This document shows positions 30,004 to 39,564 of a stretch of DNA of 64,000 nucleotides, piece after piece (position 1 is the stretch's first letter; every line of letters begins with the position of its first letter). The stretch is from an uncultured virus (IMG/VR IMGVR_UViG_647533234_000003) (Duplodnaviria > Heunggongvirae > Uroviricota > Caudoviricetes), in the IMG/VR virus record IMGVR_UViG_647533234_000003. One strand, given 5' to 3'. Below the pieces are notes generated by a model. It was not told the origin of the DNA, did not search any database, and saw nothing but the letters and a program-made list of their open reading frames with translations. A program made the position numbers and the translations under genes.

Positions 30004-30584
30004 GACACCTCCTCAGCGGGGCACGGAGCGCATCCTGACAAGGCGACGGTGACGCGCTGCTCGACACCGACGCAGCCGCCCTGCGGGCCGACAATCCGCG
30101 ACTCGCCCATGAGGAACCGTCGCCCCCGCCGACCGCCCGTCTGCGGCAGGCAGCACAGCAGCGCGGTGTAGATCGTGGACGCGTCGGTGTGCGTGATCCG
30201 CGCGGCGGCGGCCTGCTCCTTGCAGGTGGGTGGGCACCCGCGCTCGTCGATCACCGGCGCGCACCGCAGCAGGGTGACGACCAGCTCGGCGGCGAGCGTC
30301 GAAGGTGGGGTGCACCCGCGCGTGCCCAGGACGGACCGGTCCTGCTCCGGGAACGAGGACGAAGGGAAGAGACGAGCGACGTGCACGGTGAGTTGGCCGC
30401 CGGCCCCGGAGCTGCCGCACGGGTCGTCGCAACCGTCCCAGGCCGGGGCGCCCGGCACCACGCACGCGCGACACGGACAGCCGGGCTGCCCGTCGACCTC
30501 GGCCTCGGTCGCGTCCAAGGCGCTGCACACGCACGCCAGGATGGTCTCCGCCATGTCGTGCACGGTGTACGGAGTCAGGGCCAT
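30000..30584 (-). CDS. putative tail terminator, Cys-rich
   Basis: Synteny; GPQGGCVG motif. Confidence 0.6.
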   Translation of the reverse strand: MALTPYTVHDMAETILACVCSALDATEAEVDGQPGCPCRACVVPGAPAWDGCDDPCGSSGAGGQLTVHVARLFPSSSFPEQDRSVLGTRGCTPPSTLAAELVVTLLRCAPVIDERGCPPTCKEQAAAARITHTDASTIYTALLCCLPQTGGRRGRRFLMGESRIVGPQGGCVGVEQRVTVALSGCAPCPAEEVS

Positions 30585-31387
30585 GTGGTCTGCCTCGGGC
30601 GCCGGAAGTCGGGGGAGTAGACGCGCGCGGGGGAAGCGAGCCGGTAGGGGTTCACCGTGCTGAGCCACAGGTCACTGAAGGGGAGTCCAGTCCTGCCGTC
30701 GGTGAAGATCATGGTGGGATCGGCCAGTTCCACCGTGACGCCCTGACGCACGGCCCGGGTGACGTTGCCGGGGAGCCGGCACGGCCCGCAGGACCCGGCG
30801 GCCTCGGGGCACGCCTTGATCAGCTCGCAGGTCAGCTCGGACACGGCGGCCGTCGCGGACTCGTCCAGAGGCAGCCCGGTGCGGTAGGTGATGGCGGCGG
30901 TGCCCGGCTCGGTCGGCGGCGCGGCCATGTCCTGGCAGACCGGCCAGCACTCCCCGTCCACGCGGACCAGCATGTTCGCGGAGTCGACGCGGTACGCCTC
31001 GGGCACAAGGGCCTCGCCGTCGACGAGGACCTCGACGATGTCGTGCACCGGACCGTCGAGGCGTACCTCGCACAGCTCCGTGCACGAGCACGACGAGCGA
31101 CACCCGCACGCGCGCGCGTTGCGCCAGGCGCCGTCCGCGCCGAGGTAGGGCACCCACCCGCCGGTGCTCGGCCCGGCGTAGCGCGCGGGCATGAGCGTCT
31201 CGGCGCAGGACCGGGCGCACGGTCTCACCGTGATCGGGCACGACGGCCCCCACCGGCGCCCGGACATGCGCCACAAGATCTGCGAGGCGACCATCCGCCA
31301 CCGGTCGATGACGGCCTGGTCCAGGTCTTCGGGCAGGTCGCAGCACAGCTCGACCGGCCAGGGCTCGCATACCTCGTGGCGGGGCAT
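30575..31387 (-). CDS. head-to-tail adaptor, Cys-rich
   Basis: ASQILWRMSGRRWG, VRQGVT, TGLP..DLWL..VNP. Confidence 0.7.
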   Translation of the reverse strand: MPRHEVCEPWPVELCCDLPEDLDQAVIDRWRMVASQILWRMSGRRWGPSCPITVRPCARSCAETLMPARYAGPSTGGWVPYLGADGAWRNARACGCRSSCSCTELCEVRLDGPVHDIVEVLVDGEALVPEAYRVDSANMLVRVDGECWPVCQDMAAPPTEPGTAAITYRTGLPLDESATAAVSELTCELIKACPEAAGSCGPCRLPGNVTRAVRQGVTVELADPTMIFTDGRTGLPFSDLWLSTVNPYRLASPARVYSPDFRRPRQTTWP

Positions 31388-32091
31388 CAGCGGGGCCCAG
31401 TCTCGTACGGGCCCGGCTCGGGGAAGCGGGCCCGGATGTGCGCTCCGACCTGGCCGTGCGCGAAGCTGTCGGGCAGGGTGCTCAGGAACGGGACGCTGCG
31501 AGGGAAGGCGGGCCCCCTCGTGAGGATCTTCGGGTCGCTGATCTCCCGGCCGCCGAGCTGGTGCATCATCCCGTACAAGGTCCGCTTGTGCAGGACCTCC
31601 AGGTGCGCCCCGGTGTCCAGCGTCTCCAGCACCTGCGCCTTCCGCATCGGCATCGGGACGTGCAGCTCGTAGGAGAGCGGCCGGTGGTGGCCGAGCTGCG
31701 CGAGCAGGACCCGGGTCTCGCGCAAGCCCCGCAGATACCGGCCTCGGCCGCGAGTCGCGTAGTACGCCTCGACGCGAGCGAGAGGTCCCCGGTGCAGCAC
31801 CGGCATGCGGTCCAGCGGGCGCATGATGAAGAAGTCGTCGTTGAAGTAGAGGAAGCCCTCGGCGACCTCGGGGTGCTCGGCCGCCGCGCGCAGGTTGGCC
31901 GTCGAGCTCTGGTACTTCGTGGCCCTCGGCGGGACCGGGATGCGCCCGACACCTCGTACCCAGGACGGGCAGTGCCCCGCAATCCACACCCGCGCGTGCG
32001 GCAGGTGCGCGAGAGAGCGCAGCGAGTACCGCAGCTCCTCGTTGCGGTCCCCGGGCTTGACCACGTACACGATGTCGGGCGCGGCGGGCAT
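31387..32091 (-). CDS. Stealth-family (sugar-1-phosphate transferase-like) protein
   Basis: DIVYV, NEELRYSLRSL, PSWV, FLYFNDDFF match Stealth CR1/CR2. Confidence 0.7.
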   Translation of the reverse strand: MPAAPDIVYVVKPGDRNEELRYSLRSLAHLPHARVWIAGHCPSWVRGVGRIPVPPRATKYQSSTANLRAAAEHPEVAEGFLYFNDDFFIMRPLDRMPVLHRGPLARVEAYYATRGRGRYLRGLRETRVLLAQLGHHRPLSYELHVPMPMRKAQVLETLDTGAHLEVLHKRTLYGMMHQLGGREISDPKILTRGPAFPRSVPFLSTLPDSFAHGQVGAHIRARFPEPGPYETGPR

Positions 32092-32093
32092 CG

Positions 32094-32795
32094 TCAGGAC
32101 ACCTCGCACAGTTCGCCCGCGACCGGCACGTACGTGGTGCTCGTCTCGGGCGGCTCGACGGTTGTGGTGAAGATCCGGCGGTGGCAGGTCGAGCCGAGCG
32201 GCGCGAGCATCGGCCCAGGGGTTCCGGCTGCGTCCTGCGCCATCACGTCGTACGGCCCCATGCCCCATTTCCCGCCCGCACGCGTGGCTCCCGTAAGGGT
32301 GAAGTTGACTGCCTCGCCTGCGAGTTCGAGGTCACCGATGATCCCGTTGGTGATCCACGGCATGATGCCGTACAGCCACGCACCGTCCGCAGCGTCGTCT
32401 TCGCAGACGTCCTCACCGAGCACGTCCGCCCAGAATTCGAGCGCAAAACCCGAGCGGCAAGGGATTGAGCAGGAGTCGAAACCGATCGGCCGGCCCGCGT
32501 AGTCGTAGAAGACGGGGCTCCCGGTCATCAGCTCGATCAGCTCGGGCGACGCCTGGAAGAAGGTGTAGGTGACGTCGAAGTTGTTGAAGGTCGGGCACGC
32601 CTTCTTGTACCCGCACTGGCGGCCGTTCCCGGCCTTGAAGGTGATGTCGTCGCCTTCGTCGATGTTCGCTTCCATCTGGAGGGAGGCGTGGCAGTCCGTC
32701 ACGTACGAGGCTTCGGGGCCGCAGACGGGGCGACCGCAACCGTCGATGCGCGTGACCCGCACCACGTCGATGTTGCTGATAAGGGGAGCCGGCAT
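32094..32795 (-). CDS. major tail protein
   Basis: RVTRIDGCGRP, GFALEFW, WGMGPYDV; synteny. Confidence 0.75.
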   Translation of the reverse strand: MPAPLISNIDVVRVTRIDGCGRPVCGPEASYVTDCHASLQMEANIDEGDDITFKAGNGRQCGYKKACPTFNNFDVTYTFFQASPELIELMTGSPVFYDYAGRPIGFDSCSIPCRSGFALEFWADVLGEDVCEDDAADGAWLYGIMPWITNGIIGDLELAGEAVNFTLTGATRAGGKWGMGPYDVMAQDAAGTPGPMLAPLGSTCHRRIFTTTVEPPETSTTYVPVAGELCEVS

Positions 32796-32820
32796 GGCGA
32801 GCCTCCACGGTGAGTGGGAG

Positions 32821-32837
32821 GCCCGGCCCGAAACCAG
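32821..32837 (-). promoter_or_regulatory. late-gene leader motif copy 7
   Basis: CTGGTTTCGGGCCGGGC, 26 nt upstream of ATG; TACACT 16 nt upstream. Confidence 0.75.
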
Positions 32838-32894
32838 ACGGCTCGCGAGTACGAGTGTAGGCGCGCGGCCCTGCGGCGCGCCTACACGGAAGGG

Positions 32895-33221
32895 TCAAGA
32901 AGAGATGTCGCTCTCGTGCCCGGACATGCGCCGGGCCGTTGCCTCGGGCACACCAGCGGTGCGAAGCGCCTCGTAGTCCTCCTGGCAGCGGGCCTGCGCG
33001 CGGGAGCGCTCCTCGGCCAGGTGCGTGTCCCGACGGGTGGCTAGCTTGGCCACGTAAGCGGTGTGCTCCTCCTCGGTGACGACACGGCCCGGCTTCGCGA
33101 GCACGGGCGGCGCGTCCCCGCCGGTGACAGCCTGGATGCGGCCCGCCGAGCCGTCCTCGTAGAGCACCCAGAACGTGCGCGACTCGGCATCGACATCGAC
33201 GGGAGTGGGAGCGGTGGCCAT
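32895..33221 (-). CDS. hypothetical protein
   Basis: DYEALRTAGVPEATARRMSG; 2 nt after upstream stop. Confidence 0.6.
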   Translation of the reverse strand: MATAPTPVDVDAESRTFWVLYEDGSAGRIQAVTGGDAPPVLAKPGRVVTEEEHTAYVAKLATRRDTHLAEERSRAQARCQEDYEALRTAGVPEATARRMSGHESDISS

Positions 33222-33223
33222 GA

Positions 33224-33913
33224 TCAGACTCCGATCAGGAGAACGCGGATGTAGACCTGAATCCTGTTGTAGGTGGCGCCGCCGATGCCTCGACCGAGGG
33301 TGATATCGAAGGGCAGGGCGCGGGTCTCGCCGACCTCTAGGGCGTCCGCGAGGCCGAAGCACTTCGTCGTCTGGACGTGGAAGTCCTGCTCCACCGTCGT
33401 GCCGGTGTTGCGGTGGAAGATCATTTCGTCGCCGCCGTGCCCGTACGCGGCGCCCGCTCCCGCCGGGAGGTCGAAGTCGATGTCCACCTCCCGTTCCAGC
33501 CAGACCAACGCGGGGCGGCAGCCCGGATTGGTCACGGTCGTCGTGAAGGTGTCGCCCGGCTGATCGAAGCCGGCGGGCACCACTAGATTCGGGTAGTCGC
33601 GGGTCTCGGTGTAGCTGAAGGCCGCCGCGAAGCCTCTGGGCTCCGAGCGCAGCACACCCGTGCTGTCGCACGCCACGACGCCGCCGATGTCGTCGACGCT
33701 GCACTCGTACGGCCACATTCCCGTGGCCGCCATGAGCGGGGCAGTATCCGTGCCCGCCCCGGCGAGGCCGCACCCGGACACCAGATCCGGCGCGACCGGC
33801 TGCCCCGACGCCCCGATGACGTACGGCGCGGTGGTCGAGCCGTCACCATCGACGGTGATACCCGGGCCCGCGATCACGCTGCACCCGCAGTACCGCTCCT
33901 CGCAGCAGCTCAT
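33224..33913 (-). CDS. putative virion decoration/fibre protein
   Basis: N-terminal CGC..IAGPGITVDGDGSTTAPYV shared with 17423-18046. Confidence 0.6.
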   Translation of the reverse strand: MSCCEERYCGCSVIAGPGITVDGDGSTTAPYVIGASGQPVAPDLVSGCGLAGAGTDTAPLMAATGMWPYECSVDDIGGVVACDSTGVLRSEPRGFAAAFSYTETRDYPNLVVPAGFDQPGDTFTTTVTNPGCRPALVWLEREVDIDFDLPAGAGAAYGHGGDEMIFHRNTGTTVEQDFHVQTTKCFGLADALEVGETRALPFDITLGRGIGGATYNRIQVYIRVLLIGV

Positions 33914-34269
33914 GATTCCCCCTCCTGGGGTTCGACAGCGATCAGATGGACGGTGACGCCCGCCGCCGGGAGAGCGGCGGCGAGCAGGGAGATCCCCAGC
34001 AGCTCCACGACGGCGGCGCCCTCGGCCTGCACCGTCGTGGATGAGGCCGAGTTCGCGGTGACGCGGACCGACCGGAAGCCGCCGCCGTCGCCCTGGACCG
34101 CGACCGAGACGACTGGCGCGGCCTCGAAGGGCGGCTCCCAGGCGACGACCGCCTGGCCGCTGCTGGTGGTGACGGCGGTCGCGCGGGCTACCCGCACACC
34201 GGGACCCCCCGGCACCCCGGGCGGGCCCGGCGGCCCGGGAAGGGCGAGCCCGGCGCTCGTCCCGCTCAC
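33910..34269 (-). CDS. small protein with collagen-like triplets
   Basis: GTGA overlap; PGPPGPPGVPGGPG; resembles 19936-20466. Confidence 0.55.
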   Translation of the reverse strand: MSGTSAGLALPGPPGPPGVPGGPGVRVARATAVTTSSGQAVVAWEPPFEAAPVVSVAVQGDGGGFRSVRVTANSASSTTVQAEGAAVVELLGISLLAAALPAAGVTVHLIAVEPQEGES

Positions 34270-37200
34270 AGGACCACCCCCGCAGTCCACGCCACGGCCA
34301 CCGGCCCGTCGCCCGCAGTTACCGTGAGCGGACCTGTCAGCGCGGCATCGGTCTCCCGCGCCACCGACCAGCCGATGCTCTCGCCCGCGACCATGCCGCT
34401 CACCCCGTCCGCTGTAGTCACCATCGCCGTGCCGCGCGCCACGACCGATACGGACTGGAGCAGCGGCACCGTCTGGGCGTCCCAACTCGCGCCAGGCGGG
34501 AGGACGAGCCTGTGAGCCTGCACACCACGCGCCGGCGGGCCCGCAGCGGCAGGCCCTTCCTCGACCGGCGCCACCGGCTCGTACGGGCCCGTCAACCCCG
34601 GCGCGTACGTCCCCACCGTGCTGAGAGCACCCGTGCACGCGTCCACCGCGATCAGCTCGACATACGGCACGTCACCGACGCCGTCGCCATCCGTGTCGTC
34701 CCACCGGCACTCCTCGTGCAGGAATTCCGTGCAGTCCTCGCCGGGGGACTCCTCGTCCGGGGCGGGCCCGCAGACCCCGACCGTGCCGGACGCGGTGTAC
34801 GGGGTGGAGCCGTCGAGGGCGGTGTCGATGGCCGATACCGCCGTGGCGATCCCGGGTGTGTAGACCAGGTGCCGCAGGAAGCCGGTGACCGTCCCGTCCG
34901 GGGCGGTATCGCACAAGGCGAGTGTCTCGGTGGTCGGGCAGCAGTCCCCACCGCTGTTATCGGCCGGGACGCACTGGCCGACGGTGCCGGTGACGATGTA
35001 GGGCTGGCCGCTCAGGGTGCTGTCGGAGGTCGCCACTACCCGCCCGGTCTCGCAGTCGGTGACCACCGACCGGAGGAACTGCACTGGCGTGCTGGCTTCA
35101 CAGCCTTCCAGGGCCACGGACGCGGTGAACTGGTCGGCGGTCCAGCCCTTCGCGGTGCCGTGGAATGTCTCCAGGATCACCGCGGCGTACAGGGTGCCGG
35201 CGGCGAGGTCGGCTGCGGTGACCGGCACCGTGACGGTGAGAGTCTGCACGTGCCCGACCGGCGCGTACGTGGTCACGTCCTGCGCGGCCAACAGCGTCGT
35301 GCCCTGGTACAGGCGCAGCGCGCCGTCCCATAGCTGTCCGGCGCCGGGCCCGTTCTGGGTGACGCGTACGGAGACGGTGAGTGTGCCGGAGGCGCTGTCG
35401 CAGCCGGCCGGGGCGGCGGTGATGCGACCGGTGGCTACGGGGTTCACCTGGCCGGGGCCGGTGCCGGCCGGCCAGGTGAGGGTGCCGCCGGTCCACAGCG
35501 GGGTGTACGGGCCGGACAGGTCCGGGAACTGCGCCGGGGCCAGGCCGACGTCGGCGCCCGTGGCATCCGTGATGTCCGGGGACACGGTGACGGTGGAGTC
35601 GGCCGGGGCGTCGCACAGCAGCACCGAGGCGGTGTCGCGGCACGGCTCGGACCCCGGGCCGCAGATCCCGACCGTGCCGGACGGTGTGTACGGCGCGAAT
35701 CCGTCGAGGGCGGTGTCGGTGACGGCGGCGGGCTGCCCGCCGCTGCCGTAGGTGATGTGCCGCAGGAACGGGCTGCTGCTGCCGTCCGGGGCGATGTCGC
35801 ACAGAGTCAGGACCTCGACGTCCAGGCCGCTGCCTGCGCCCGCACCGCAGCCCGTGCCGCACGGCACGAGGTCGCCCTCGGGCGGGTCCGTGGCGATGCC
35901 CTGGGCGTCCAGCCACGACACAGTGACCGTGCCGTCGCACTCCTGGGAGTACACCTTCGTGTACTGGATCTCTTCGCATTCCTGGGCCGGGCCGAGAATC
36001 CACTGCTGTCCGGCCGCGTCCACGACGGTCATCGGCCCGTACACGGTCCGGGTGCCGCCGGTGGAGCCGACATACCAGGCACAGCCAGGCGCGGTCTGCG
36101 CCGCCCAGGTCGCACCGGACGGGTCCAGATTGGTGAGGGCCTGCGCCCAGTTCAGGTGCATGCCGGGCGCGGCGGCGGTGCCTTCGCCGCAGGGGCCGCC
36201 GTTGAAGGCCCGGCCGCCGCCGTCACCGATCACCTCCTGCCCGTTCACGATCCAGCTCGTGATCGTGTAGCCGCCCCTGGCCGGCTGGCACGGAAACTGC
36301 CCGCCTGGGCCCTGGACGCTGCCGCACTGCCCCGGCACACCCTCGATCAGGCTCGTGTTGTCGTATCCGGCCTCGGTGCGGGTGACCGCTCCGACGCACT
36401 CGGTGGAGAACGCGGAGGGGCAGGGCGGGTCCTGGCACAGGACCAGCTCGGCGCCGTCCGGCAGCTCGACCGGCTCGCCGGTGGTCGGGTCGGTGAGGCG
36501 CTGGAGGGTGCGGTCGCCGGTCTGGTTGTCGTAGACGCGCTCGACCAGGACTTGCGCGGTCACGGTGCCGGTGGCGGGGTCCACCGCGCACATCAGGTCG
36601 GACTCGACGTCCACGCGGGTCTCTGGCGGCGGGACCGGGCAGCAGTCCTGTGCGGGCCGGCACTGCCCCACCTGGCCTGTGACGGTGTAGGGCTGGCCGT
36701 CAAGGGTGGTGTCTGTCGTGGTCAGGGTCTGGCCGGTTTCGCAGTCGGTGACGATCGTCCGCAAGAACTGCACGGCCTGGACGCAGCCGCCCTGCCCGTA
36801 CTCCACCGTCGCGGTGTAGGCGCTGGCCTCCCAGGACTTCGGGGCGGCAGGCACCCCGCCGCTCCCCGCTTCGTCCCAGGTCTCCAGGTCGATCCAGACG
36901 ATGACGCCGCTGCTGGCGGTGGCGGCATCGACTGGGGCGGACACGGTCATGTGCCGGGTGGAGCCGACTCCGACAGAGCTGATGATCGGCGATGTCGCCA
37001 GCGTGGCCCCGTCTGGGGTGAGCAGGCGCATCCGGCCGTTCGTCAGGATGCCGGGGTTGGGGCCCGCGTTGCGGACCTCGACGGCGGCGGTGACGGTAGC
37101 GGTGCCGTCGTCGCACGCGGGCCGGGTGCTGGTGATGATGCCGGCGGCGCAGCGGTGGACTTGCTTCGCACCGGTCGCCGCGTTGCTCGTCTCGGCCGGG

Positions 37201-39446
37201 AAGACGGTCGTGCCGCCGTCCCACAGGGCTTGGGCGCCGCCGGCCAGGGCCGCGTTGTGGAAGGTGAAGAAGTACGGCGTCGGGTCCGTGTCGGTCGTAG
37301 TGGACGTGACCGGGAGCGGCGGGACGCCGTCAGGGGCCGGGTCGTCGCACAGCAGCACCGTGGCGCTGTCATGGCACGGCACGGGCTCACCCGGAGACTC
37401 CTCATCATCTGCGCTGGCGCAGACGCCGACTGTCCCGGTCACCGTGTACGGGGTGGTCCCGTCCAGGGTGGTATCGGTGACCGTGACGCCGTCCGCTGTG
37501 GAGGTGATGTGCCGCAGGAATGCAGTCACCGTGCCGTCCGGGGCGATGTCGCACAGCGGCAGGACGCTCATGCCGCCGGAGGCGTCTGCCCACTGGTCGC
37601 AGACCGGCTCCGTTCGGCAGACGACGACGCTGCCGGTCGGCACGTAGGGGGTCTGCCCGTCGAGTTCGGTGTCCGTGACCGTGGTGACCTGCCCGGCCGC
37701 GTCCCGGCACACCGACCGCAGAAAGGTATGTGCGGCCTGACCGACCGTCAGGTCGTGGACGGTAACCCGCCCGGAGGCCCCGCTGTCCGACGGGCGGAAG
37801 ACCAGCGCTGTGGCGCCAGGGTGAGTGACTGTCGACAGATCTGTCGGAGATGCCTGGTCGGACGCGCACAGGATGCCACTGGCCTCGTCCCACACGTGGT
37901 TGGCGTGAACGGTCTGCGGGACACTCCCGGCCGGGAGGACGACGCAGACGCCGGGCCCGCCGAAAGTGATCCCGAAAGCGGCCGTCACCTCCTGGTCGAA
38001 CGTCCAGCCGCCCTGAGTGCCGGGCAGGCCGGTCAGCCACGTCGGCACGCCGAACCCCGGCGCCAGGCCCGAACGCACCCAGGACACCCCGTTGCTGAGT
38101 GTCCCCTGCGTGCCGGCCGGAGGGCTCACCGGCATCGCCACCGGGGCGGGTGCGGTGTCGCACAGCAGCAGCGTGGTGCTGTCCTGGCACGGGGCGGTGC
38201 ACGTCCCGACGGTGCCGAGCGGGGTGTACGGGGTGGTGCCGTCGAGCGCCGTGTCGGTCGTGGTCACGGTGCCGACCGCCGTGACGTGCAGTCGCCGCAG
38301 GAAGGAGGTGGTGGTGCCGTCGTCGGCGATGTCGCACAGCACGAGGACGTCCCCGCTGGCGGAGGCCGCCGTGCTCCCGCCATCGCCCGTCGTGCCGCCC
38401 GTGCACGTCTGCACGGTGCCGACCGGCGTGTACGGCTGTCCGTCCAGGGTGGTGTCGGTGGTGGTGATAGTGCCGTCGCAGGCCGAACGGACGTGCCGTA
38501 GGAACCGGGTCGCGGTGGGTGCGGGGGTGACATCAAGGCCGATCACGCCGACTGCCGCATTGGGCACGGCACCGTCGATAGCGGTGTACCAGGTGAAGGA
38601 CGTGACCGGTGAGGTGGTGGTGAACCAGGTGGCCTCAGCGGCGGTCGCACCCTGGCCGCACAGCCGATTCTGGTCCGGGTCCCACACGTGGTGGGGCGCC
38701 AGGGAGTCCAGTTGGAGGCCGGGCGGTAGTTGCGCGCACTCGTTGTTGTTGAACGACGCGAATGCGATGCGGAGGTTGACGGGCTGGTCGAAGGTCCAGG
38801 TCTGCGGTCCCTGGGGGTACGGCTGCCCCGGGTTCGCCGAGGCCAGGTATCCATTGCCCGCCAGCCACGCCCCGGCGTCCACGCTCCACGTCACCCCGTT
38901 GGGGAGCGTGCCTGTCTGGGGGGCGGGCGGCAGGGTGTCCAGCGGGACCGCTGCGGGAGCGGCCTCGCCGGCGACATCGCACAGGACGAGCGGCGCCGAC
39001 GACCCGCATGGGCCGCCGGGCTCGCCTTCGTCTCCGGGGCAGATGGCCAGGGTGCCCTGGAGGGTGTAGGTCTCGCCGGTGGCCGCGGAGACCAGGCGGA
39101 CGGAGTCGATACTGCCGTCGTCTGCGTAGTGGTACTCGACCAGGACCAGGCCCAGGAGGGTCGTCCCGTCCGCCGCGAGGTCGCACAGCACACCGGAGAC
39201 CTGGATGCTGCGGGAATCCCCGCACGCCGCCGCACCAGCCGGGGGCACGCCGGTGGTGTACGCCCCGGTCGTGAGGTTCATCCACCCGGTCTGCTGGGTG
39301 TTGCCGGAGCAGTCCCGCTCGATGATGACCGCCAGCGGCGTGCCGTCAGGCAGGCACAGCCCTGTGGTGGCGATGGGCGTGGTCAGGGACGGGCAGTCCG
39401 AGCCGCCGCACGAGCAGCCGCCGAACCCTCCACCTACAGGCATCAT
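34266..39446 (-). CDS. giant (1726 aa) Cys/Thr-rich repeat protein, putative capsid fibre/decoration
   Basis: About 11 LCD...FLR...DTxLDGxxPY...GxVGxC modules or variants; GGAGA RBS. Confidence 0.8.
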   Translation of the reverse strand: MMPVGGGFGGCSCGGSDCPSLTTPIATTGLCLPDGTPLAVIIERDCSGNTQQTGWMNLTTGAYTTGVPPAGAAACGDSRSIQVSGVLCDLAADGTTLLGLVLVEYHYADDGSIDSVRLVSAATGETYTLQGTLAICPGDEGEPGGPCGSSAPLVLCDVAGEAAPAAVPLDTLPPAPQTGTLPNGVTWSVDAGAWLAGNGYLASANPGQPYPQGPQTWTFDQPVNLRIAFASFNNNECAQLPPGLQLDSLAPHHVWDPDQNRLCGQGATAAEATWFTTTSPVTSFTWYTAIDGAVPNAAVGVIGLDVTPAPTATRFLRHVRSACDGTITTTDTTLDGQPYTPVGTVQTCTGGTTGDGGSTAASASGDVLVLCDIADDGTTTSFLRRLHVTAVGTVTTTDTALDGTTPYTPLGTVGTCTAPCQDSTTLLLCDTAPAPVAMPVSPPAGTQGTLSNGVSWVRSGLAPGFGVPTWLTGLPGTQGGWTFDQEVTAAFGITFGGPGVCVVLPAGSVPQTVHANHVWDEASGILCASDQASPTDLSTVTHPGATALVFRPSDSGASGRVTVHDLTVGQAAHTFLRSVCRDAAGQVTTVTDTELDGQTPYVPTGSVVVCRTEPVCDQWADASGGMSVLPLCDIAPDGTVTAFLRHITSTADGVTVTDTTLDGTTPYTVTGTVGVCASADDEESPGEPVPCHDSATVLLCDDPAPDGVPPLPVTSTTTDTDPTPYFFTFHNAALAGGAQALWDGGTTVFPAETSNAATGAKQVHRCAAGIITSTRPACDDGTATVTAAVEVRNAGPNPGILTNGRMRLLTPDGATLATSPIISSVGVGSTRHMTVSAPVDAATASSGVIVWIDLETWDEAGSGGVPAAPKSWEASAYTATVEYGQGGCVQAVQFLRTIVTDCETGQTLTTTDTTLDGQPYTVTGQVGQCRPAQDCCPVPPPETRVDVESDLMCAVDPATGTVTAQVLVERVYDNQTGDRTLQRLTDPTTGEPVELPDGAELVLCQDPPCPSAFSTECVGAVTRTEAGYDNTSLIEGVPGQCGSVQGPGGQFPCQPARGGYTITSWIVNGQEVIGDGGGRAFNGGPCGEGTAAAPGMHLNWAQALTNLDPSGATWAAQTAPGCAWYVGSTGGTRTVYGPMTVVDAAGQQWILGPAQECEEIQYTKVYSQECDGTVTVSWLDAQGIATDPPEGDLVPCGTGCGAGAGSGLDVEVLTLCDIAPDGSSSPFLRHITYGSGGQPAAVTDTALDGFAPYTPSGTVGICGPGSEPCRDTASVLLCDAPADSTVTVSPDITDATGADVGLAPAQFPDLSGPYTPLWTGGTLTWPAGTGPGQVNPVATGRITAAPAGCDSASGTLTVSVRVTQNGPGAGQLWDGALRLYQGTTLLAAQDVTTYAPVGHVQTLTVTVPVTAADLAAGTLYAAVILETFHGTAKGWTADQFTASVALEGCEASTPVQFLRSVVTDCETGRVVATSDSTLSGQPYIVTGTVGQCVPADNSGGDCCPTTETLALCDTAPDGTVTGFLRHLVYTPGIATAVSAIDTALDGSTPYTASGTVGVCGPAPDEESPGEDCTEFLHEECRWDDTDGDGVGDVPYVELIAVDACTGALSTVGTYAPGLTGPYEPVAPVEEGPAAAGPPARGVQAHRLVLPPGASWDAQTVPLLQSVSVVARGTAMVTTADGVSGMVAGESIGWSVARETDAALTGPLTVTAGDGPVAVAWTAGVVL

Positions 39447-39564
39447 TTCTCCGATCGGGTCATGCGGGAGTCGGGCGGCGTATGCCGACCGGGGACGTAG
39501 GCGGGCAGCGGGCGTGGGCGCGCGCTGCTCCGGCGCATCGCGCGGGGGCTGCTGAAGGGGGCGG

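Noticed and set aside
35757..38501. Long plus-strand ORFs opposite structural genes (also 44359-46704, 46050-48170, 21983-23767)
   Set aside because: Shadow ORFs typical of high-GC DNA; no motifs, and the opposite strand has clear genes
34266..39446. Inteins or a diversity-generating retroelement to explain the nested domains
   Set aside because: No intein terminal HN-C/S/T motifs, no reverse transcriptase and no near-identical TR/VR pair seen
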